In this document: in pieces, positions 51,204-55,937 of the stretch
Layout of the letters: each line of letters opens with the position of its first letter
Numbering within the stretch: the first letter of the stretch is position 1
Origin: a virus
Virus record (IMG/VR): IMGVR_UViG_3300046115_000049
Coordinates: 1-55,937 of that record
Reading direction: 5' to 3' (one strand)
DNA: 55,937 nucleotides
Translations under genes and position numbers: made by a program
The notes under the pieces: model-generated
What the model was told of the DNA's origin: nothing
Databases searched by the model: none
What the model saw: only the letters and a program-made list of their open reading frames with translations

Positions 51204-51470
51204 ATGGTGGGAGACAATTACGACCGGGGGCTACGACGCACGCATTTCAATTTCGATGAGACTACACGGCTTAGGTTGTTACCATCCAGCTGGCCTACGC
51301 GAGAAGAACTGGCGTACCTGAATTTCGGCTCCGTGGTGGCGACGGGGAGAGCGATACTGAATACGGCACCGTGCGTGCGGTCACTCGGGGACGCAAGCCG
51401 CGAACCGATGCAGCATGGGGATACGGGGTTCATACCTAGAGGGCACGAGGATAGTGATGGACGCAAATAG
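51204..51470 (+). CDS. Hypothetical protein
   Basis: ATG lies 7 nt after the CTGAACCGAACCGAGG motif. 88 aa. Confidence 0.4.
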   Translation: MVGDNYDRGLRRTHFNFDETTRLRLLPSSWPTREELAYLNFGSVVATGRAILNTAPCVRSLGDASREPMQHGDTGFIPRGHEDSDGRK

Positions 51471-51801
51471 ACGCGGGTTCCTCAAGGCACTAACAGCGAC
51501 GGCGGTCGCGATGACGGTGGACCCGGAGCGGCTGCTGTGGGTACCGGGGGCGAAGACCATATTCCTGCCACCCGTTAAGCCTGTATCAATAGTAGTAATA
51601 CAGGAAGGGGGCTTGTTCACTCCGGTTACGTTTCTCCCGGGGATCGTCATCCAGCTTAAGGCCATCGCGGGTCACTGGTACATCATAACTGATAAGGCGG
51701 CAAACGGTAAAATAGGCCTAGAGTCTATTCACGCCCCCGGGAAACTAGAAATATCGTCATCTCAGATGGGCAGGTTCGAGCGCGCCGGGAGGGCGTGGTA
51801 A
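51457..51801 (+). CDS. Mini-protein with a consensus Tat signal (RRGFLK)
   Basis: It begins MDANRRGFLKALTATAVAMTV, followed by DPERLLWVPGAKTIFLPP. 114 aa. Confidence 0.55.
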   Translation: MDANRRGFLKALTATAVAMTVDPERLLWVPGAKTIFLPPVKPVSIVVIQEGGLFTPVTFLPGIVIQLKAIAGHWYIITDKAANGKIGLESIHAPGKLEISSSQMGRFERAGRAW

Positions 51802-52041
51802 GTGGACCGCCGCAGGTTCCTAGGTGCGCTGGCGACGTTCGCGGTCGGCGCGGCACTGGACCCGGAGCTACTGGTCTGGAAGCCGGGTGCGAAGACGATA
51901 TTCCTACCATCAATAGTTGCGTTTTCTCAGTCCGACATGGATAAGGCTATCGCAGCAGTAGTAAAGGCACTAGCCGACGCTATCGATAGGGATATATACA
52001 GGCATTGGGCGTTGGCCGCAGCGGGGCAACGATGGAACTAG
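51802..52041 (+). CDS. Mini-protein with a Tat signal-like N-terminus, paralog of 51457-51801
   Basis: GTG falls directly after the upstream stop. It begins VDRRRFLGALATFAVGAAL, followed by DPELLVWKPGAKTIFLPS. 79 aa. Confidence 0.55.
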   Translation: MDRRRFLGALATFAVGAALDPELLVWKPGAKTIFLPSIVAFSQSDMDKAIAAVVKALADAIDRDIYRHWALAAAGQRWN

Positions 52042-52787
52042 TCCGCCAAGGAATTCACGAACTTCTTCCCATGAACCGGACTGGGGATGAGAATCGCCAT
52101 ATCTCCACCATCATACGGTCGTTGTGCTTGAAACTCGGCCACTTCGAGGACGAGGATAGTTCCTCGATGACCGACGATGCCAAGTCGGTACGTCAGACGC
52201 GATGGGAACTAGGGTCGGCATTCGAAGAGGCCGTCCGTCACGGGCTGGCCCGTCGCTATTCGCAGGACGAGCCCGACAAGTACATGGTCATCGGCGAACT
52301 TGAAGACGATGGACTTATTGGCTCACCAGATTTAGCCGACCTGACCGAACCGGCCGTTCACGAGATCAAGCTTACGTGGATGTCGAACCGGCGTGGCCCG
52401 GAGGACGAGAAGTTCTGGAAATATCTAGTCCAATTGAAGGCGTACGTGCGCATGTTCAAGCAGTCTCGCGTAGGGTATCTGCACGTGTGCTTCCTCAACG
52501 GAGATTACTCGTACCGCGGCGGCAATAGCGGTCCCGACTACCGTGTGTGGCGAGCCGAGTTTACGCAACAGGAGTTAGATGAGAATTGGCGCATGCTGCA
52601 AATCGAGGGGCGGCAGCTGCGAGAAGAGGCGAAACGTGGGAGTGATACGGCGAAGATGGAACAGCGAAATTCGTCACATGGACGCAGTAAGAATGCTGGC
52701 GTCTCTACCGGCATCATCGGTCGGCGCGGTGGTATCCGACCCGCCCTTCTTCGTGGGAATACGGCGGGACGAAGGCGGGGTAGGTAG
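52032..52787 (+). CDS. PD-(D/E)XK nuclease (YqaJ / lambda-exonuclease / Cas4-like fold)
   Basis: The motifs are GSPDLADL ... HEIKLTW ... QLKAYV (D...ExK...QxxxY). The 3' end overlaps the methyltransferase gene. Confidence 0.55.
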   Translation: MELVRQGIHELLPMNRTGDENRHISTIIRSLCLKLGHFEDEDSSSMTDDAKSVRQTRWELGSAFEEAVRHGLARRYSQDEPDKYMVIGELEDDGLIGSPDLADLTEPAVHEIKLTWMSNRRGPEDEKFWKYLVQLKAYVRMFKQSRVGYLHVCFLNGDYSYRGGNSGPDYRVWRAEFTQQELDENWRMLQIEGRQLREEAKRGSDTAKMEQRNSSHGRSKNAGVSTGIIGRRGGIRPALLRGNTAGRRRGR

Positions 52788-53424
52788 GGACCCATGGGCG
52801 CTAAAGGTAGGAGCGAATGGGGGTGGCGGGGTAATGGCGATGGCCGACTGGTACAGGCCGATAGCCGCGCAGGTCGCGCGGGTATTGCGTCCCGGTGGAG
52901 CGAGTATCGTCATGGGCGGGTCGCATTCGACAGCGGCGTGGGAGGTAGCAGTAGGGCGGTCGGGGCTACCGTGGATGGCCGAACTGACGGTACTGTGGAA
53001 CATGGGCAAGCCTCGCGTTCGCAATTTCGGGTCATTATCCATGCCGATTAAGTGGCATATCAAGCCGGGCGCGCGGCATACGTTCAACTCGGGCAGCGTT
53101 CGCTCGATCTACTCGAATGTGATCGTCGCTACCAAGGTTCCGGTGCACGACCGCGTTCATATCGCACAGAAACCCGTCGAGCTAACGAATTTTCTAATAA
53201 GTCTATTGACGGAGCGAGACGATCTGATCGTGGACCCGTTCTGTGGGAGCGGCTCGACCCTCGTCAGCGCAGCCATATGCGGGCGACCGTGGCTCGGATG
53301 TGACACAGATAAGACGCAGTGCGATATAGCCGCGACTCGCACGATGCGGCACGAATTGGAGGAAGCGGAATTGCGGCCGCTGCATCTGTGGGTAAACGGG
53401 CGACTACAGGAGGTATCGGCATGA
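52636..53424 (+). CDS. DNA methyltransferase, beta-class amino-MTase (N6-adenine or N4-cytosine); start uncertain (52579-52642)
   Basis: Motif IV (VVSDPPFF) precedes motif I (VDPFCGSGSTLV). The N-terminus EIRHMDAVRMLASLPASSV is typical of the family. Confidence 0.75.
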   Translation: MGVIRRRWNSEIRHMDAVRMLASLPASSVGAVVSDPPFFVGIRRDEGGVGRDPWALKVGANGGGGVMAMADWYRPIAAQVARVLRPGGASIVMGGSHSTAAWEVAVGRSGLPWMAELTVLWNMGKPRVRNFGSLSMPIKWHIKPGARHTFNSGSVRSIYSNVIVATKVPVHDRVHIAQKPVELTNFLISLLTERDDLIVDPFCGSGSTLVSAAICGRPWLGCDTDKTQCDIAATRTMRHELEEAELRPLHLWVNGRLQEVSA

Positions 53425-53642
53425 GTAGTAAGTATATCCGCATCGTCGTGACCGTGTGGGACGGCCCTAACGCCACATGGGCGGAAGGATTAATTCTACG
53501 CGCCGAACTACCCAATTTGACGATGAGTGAGATGGTGAAGCGCGAGGTAGTACCGGCGTTCGCGACGGCGCTGGAGGTATCGAGGCTAGACTACAAGAGG
53601 CGAGAACGACTAACCGAACCGACGGGCGGAGGCACCGAATGA
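53421..53642 (+). CDS. Hypothetical protein
   Basis: ATGA overlap, with ggaggt upstream. 73 aa. Confidence 0.5.
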   Translation: MSSKYIRIVVTVWDGPNATWAEGLILRAELPNLTMSEMVKREVVPAFATALEVSRLDYKRRERLTEPTGGGTE

Positions 53643-53863
53643 GTAGACTTCAAGGCAGAGTAGAGCGGAAGCTGGAATCATACGGCTTCATACGGGATGA
53701 GCGCGGTGTATGCCGCTTCTTCATCCCCTCGGGCATCGAGTCCCCGGAACACGTATTCGACGATTTCGTCGAGGGGACTAGAGTAGACCTGATTCCGATC
53801 GAGGGCCATAAAGGGCCACGGGCGGACAAAATTCGCATGGTCGCAGCGCCGGGTGAGGAGTAA
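53639..53863 (+). CDS. Cold-shock-domain (CspA/S1-like OB fold) nucleic-acid-binding protein
   Basis: GRVERKLESYGFIRDERGVCRFFIPSGIES...FVEGTRVDLIPIEGHKGPRADKIRMV parallels CspA G.V.WF...KGFGFI....G.DVFVH.S.I......L.EGQ.V.F......KGP.A..V. Confidence 0.6.
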   Translation: MSRLQGRVERKLESYGFIRDERGVCRFFIPSGIESPEHVFDDFVEGTRVDLIPIEGHKGPRADKIRMVAAPGEE

Positions 53864-53865
53864 CG

Positions 53866-54675
53866 ATGGCGATCATACGAAGAGGCGTTGTAGCGCGGCC
53901 CACGGTAAGTAGGTCATCTAACGGGTGGGAGGATGCCCCTACCGAGATTACTCGCCGCGTCGTGTTCATGGACATCTACGGCGATACGGGAACCGGGCGA
54001 ACGTCTCTCGCTCTCACCGCCCCTGGCCCTATCGGCCTCGCTCATACGGCTGAGAAGATCGACGGTATCGTCCAGAAGTACACCAAGAAGAAGAAGGTGA
54101 TCCGTACCATCAATTTCGGTGGCGCGTATACCGGCACTCCACAGGAGATTGGTGCCAAGGCCGCACCAGTGTGGAACAAGATGTACGCCCTGTGGACGCA
54201 GGCCATGGGTGATTGGGCCAAGTCACTGGTCATGGACACGGCGTACGAGGGCTGGGAGATGATACGGCTGGCGCGGTTCGGGACAGTCAAGCCACAGGGG
54301 CGCGTCGATAACATGTACGGCCCGGTCAATGCGGAGTGGCGATCGCTGTTCAAGCCATTTCGTATGCAAGAGACGACCAACGTTATTACCATCCATACAG
54401 TCAAGGAGGAGTACGTCGAGAAGCCCAGCAAGACTAGAGGGGTTACCGAGTCCGTTCGTACCGGGCGGCTGGTTCACGCCGGGATGAAGGAGATGAGATA
54501 TATGGCGGACGTCGTAGTCCGTATGACCCGCGATCCAGATTACACCGTCGTCGCGACCATCGAGAAGGGCTGGTTCAACCCTGACGTGATGGGTATGGAG
54601 TTTCGTGGCGACGATGTTAATTTCGCCTTCATCATGGCGACGATCACTGACACCAATGAGAAGGAGTGGCGGTAG
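53866..54675 (+). CDS. Sak4-like / AAA_24 RecA-fold ATPase (recombination mediator)
   Basis: Walker A-like is IYGDTGTGRTSLALTAPGP and Walker B-like is SLVMDTAYEGW. Its size and its context next to a nuclease fit the call. Confidence 0.55.
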   Translation: MAIIRRGVVARPTVSRSSNGWEDAPTEITRRVVFMDIYGDTGTGRTSLALTAPGPIGLAHTAEKIDGIVQKYTKKKKVIRTINFGGAYTGTPQEIGAKAAPVWNKMYALWTQAMGDWAKSLVMDTAYEGWEMIRLARFGTVKPQGRVDNMYGPVNAEWRSLFKPFRMQETTNVITIHTVKEEYVEKPSKTRGVTESVRTGRLVHAGMKEMRYMADVVVRMTRDPDYTVVATIEKGWFNPDVMGMEFRGDDVNFAFIMATITDTNEKEWR

Positions 54676-54677
54676 CG

Positions 54678-55022
54678 ATGTTGTATGTTACCAGAGATGA
54701 GCTATTGGCGGTATTTAATCCCGCTATATTCGCCAATGACTTAGTAATGCACGACGTATGGAGATGTATCGAGAATTCGCTATCGGCGCACCCTCGCGGC
54801 GTGCCCACCGACCCTCTACGACAGGCGGCGCTGGTCGCGGAGGAGGCAGGGGAAGTAGTGAAAGCGGCGCTCGATGCTACCCGTGGAAATTTACAGAATT
54901 GGCAGGAAGAAGGTGCACTGGGGGACATGGAAGAGGAGTTAGCTCAGTGCGCGGCCATGGCAATCCTAGTATTAGTCGCTATTCAGTGCAGGAGGCAACA
55001 TGGAACGACTACAGATTCCTAA
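54678..55022 (+). CDS. MazG-like all-alpha NTP pyrophosphohydrolase; candidate MazZ
   Basis: ATG lies after aaggag. LVAEEAGEVVKAAL ... MEEELAQCAAMAILVL parallels the MazG EE.GE ... EE.gDvl..L..la pattern, with Gln in place of the final Asp. Confidence 0.5.
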   Translation: MLYVTRDELLAVFNPAIFANDLVMHDVWRCIENSLSAHPRGVPTDPLRQAALVAEEAGEVVKAALDATRGNLQNWQEEGALGDMEEELAQCAAMAILVLVAIQCRRQHGTTTDS

Positions 55023-55937
55023 CGGCATCAACATTACGCTGTCGCCTGACGGCAGGTATGCGTCAGTCGGCAACGATCGTTCACAGCTCGTGGAGCTGGC
55101 GTACGATTCGACCGATATTCGCGTGATCGAGCACCGCGTCATCGGTGAATCCGCTCCCTCTCCTGTCCAATCGTATTTCGGTCAGTGGCTCGACAATCGG
55201 AAACTGGTATTCTATCAGGATGGCTATGACGGTATCCCCGGTAGACGCCGATTCCGCGTTTACGATACGATTACCGCTGGAGTTAGTGACCTGATGGTAG
55301 CGCCGGGAGTCGATCTACTCGCCGTCCGTGACAATCAGGTATTTGAGACGCACGTCGGTATGTATCGCCATGTAACATGTGAGAGATGGCAATTCTGGTG
55401 CAACCACGCGAACAATGTGCTGCACGCGCGGAGCCCAACCGGCGTAGACTATATGAAAGCGGTTACCGAGCAGCCGGGAATGGTAGATGGAATCCGTCAT
55501 CTCATCGCTGCCCCAGGCGGCAATGCGCTGTTCTTCGACGGCTACCATATCCAAGTGTGGCACCCGCAGACCGGCCTGAACAGGTCGGTGTCGATCGTCA
55601 CTCGCAGTGACCGATACCCGTGGGGCGAGGGGCTCGGATGGTGCTGGCGGCGACCCGCTGATGGGACCGCATGGCTGGCCACGTGGGTGACGGACCAGCC
55701 GTGGGGACGAACGTTCATACTCATCCGTCCTATGGGCGCGGGGCTGTGCATCTGGCAGGAGTTCGGAGGAGTAGATTGGCTGCACGCCGCGACGATGGAC
55801 CACGACCGGGTAGTAGTGGCCGGATCATACAACGCGGTGTCTTACGCCACAATAGTAGATACGCGTATGGGACTGGGGATATTCGCCCCGTCCACGCCTA
55901 GCTCCGGACCCGGACCCGGACCTGTGGAGCCGCCCCC
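55000..55937 (+). CDS. Wrap-around CDS (357 aa in total; continues as 1-263): beta-propeller-like protein with a 15-Pro tract and an amphipathic C-terminal tail
   Basis: ATG lies 5 nt after aggagg. I translated it by hand with no stop up to the window end, and the frame is continuous with ORF 6-263 after collapsing the 127-nt overlap. The N-terminus is MERLQIPNGINITLSPDGRY. It is absent from the ORF track because it has no stop inside the window. Confidence 0.75.
   Translation, partial: MERLQIPNGINITLSPDGRYASVGNDRSQLVELAYDSTDIRVIEHRVIGESAPSPVQSYFGQWLDNRKLVFYQDGYDGIPGRRRFRVYDTITAGVSDLMVAPGVDLLAVRDNQVFETHVGMYRHVTCERWQFWCNHANNVLHARSPTGVDYMKAVTEQPGMVDGIRHLIAAPGGNALFFDGYHIQVWHPQTGLNRSVSIVTRSDRYPWGEGLGWCWRRPADGTAWLATWVTDQPWGRTFILIRPMGAGLCIWQEFGGVDWLHAATMDHDRVVVAGSYNAVSYATIVDTRMGLGIFAPSTPSSGPGPGPVEPP
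55811..55937. repeat. Terminal direct repeat (second copy of nt 1-127)
   Basis: Identical sequence read at both window ends. Confidence 0.95.

Noticed and set aside
55315-55803. 162-aa minus-strand ORF near the right end
   Set aside because: It lies antisense to the wrap-around + strand CDS (55000 to 263), which has a strong SD and a coherent protein sequence. It is a shadow ORF.
1-55937. Temperate lifestyle, prophage or mobile-element features, and tRNA genes
   Set aside because: I recognised no integrase, recombinase, transposase, excisionase, partition genes or attachment-like repeats. The only regulator is a small HTH. Intergenic regions are short and none folds into an obvious cloverleaf, although a tRNAscan run would be needed to be certain.

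Overview
The window is a complete, circularly closed dsDNA tailed-phage genome. Nt 1-127 are identical to nt 55811-55937, so the unique length is 55810 bp. It is high-GC, densely coded and uses clear Shine-Dalgarno sites. There are four blocks. (i) 270-8535 (+) carries nucleotide metabolism and replication genes: a PurA-family (PurZ-like) enzyme, an ERCC4-type nuclease, a UDG-like/3'-5' exo/family-A DNA polymerase fusion and an HD phosphohydrolase. (ii) 8539-37524 (-) is one long morphogenesis/lysis arm with a P22-type order: HTH regulator, TerS, TerL, portal, scaffold, coat, gp4-like, gp10-like, ejection-type proteins, tail fibre, GH108 endolysin. An island of about 6 kb encoding signal-peptide proteins, followed by four small membrane-protein genes, sits between the coat and gp4-like genes. 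(iii) 37543-38571 is a 1-kb divergent control region full of repeats, palindromes and promoter-like elements. (iv) 38572-55937 (+), wrapping to nt 263, carries early, recombination and DNA-modification genes: three paralogous CxCGCG/PGHDA proteins, a PRTase-like protein, a DinG/XPD-like helicase, three twin-arginine-signal mini-proteins, a PD-(D/E)XK nuclease, a DNA methyltransferase, a cold-shock-domain protein, a Sak4-like ATPase and a MazG-like protein. I recognised no tRNA, rRNA, CRISPR array, integrase or transposase. The most notable hypotheses are: a 2-aminoadenine (Z-base) DNA gene set; an unusual run of Sec-signal proteins inside the virion module; Tat-signal mini-proteins, one carrying a copy of the coat C-terminus; a cluster of sigma54-type -24/-12 elements; and a recurrent AACCGAACCG 5'-leader motif. 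All functional calls come from motif reading by eye. No database search was possible, so family assignments remain hypotheses.
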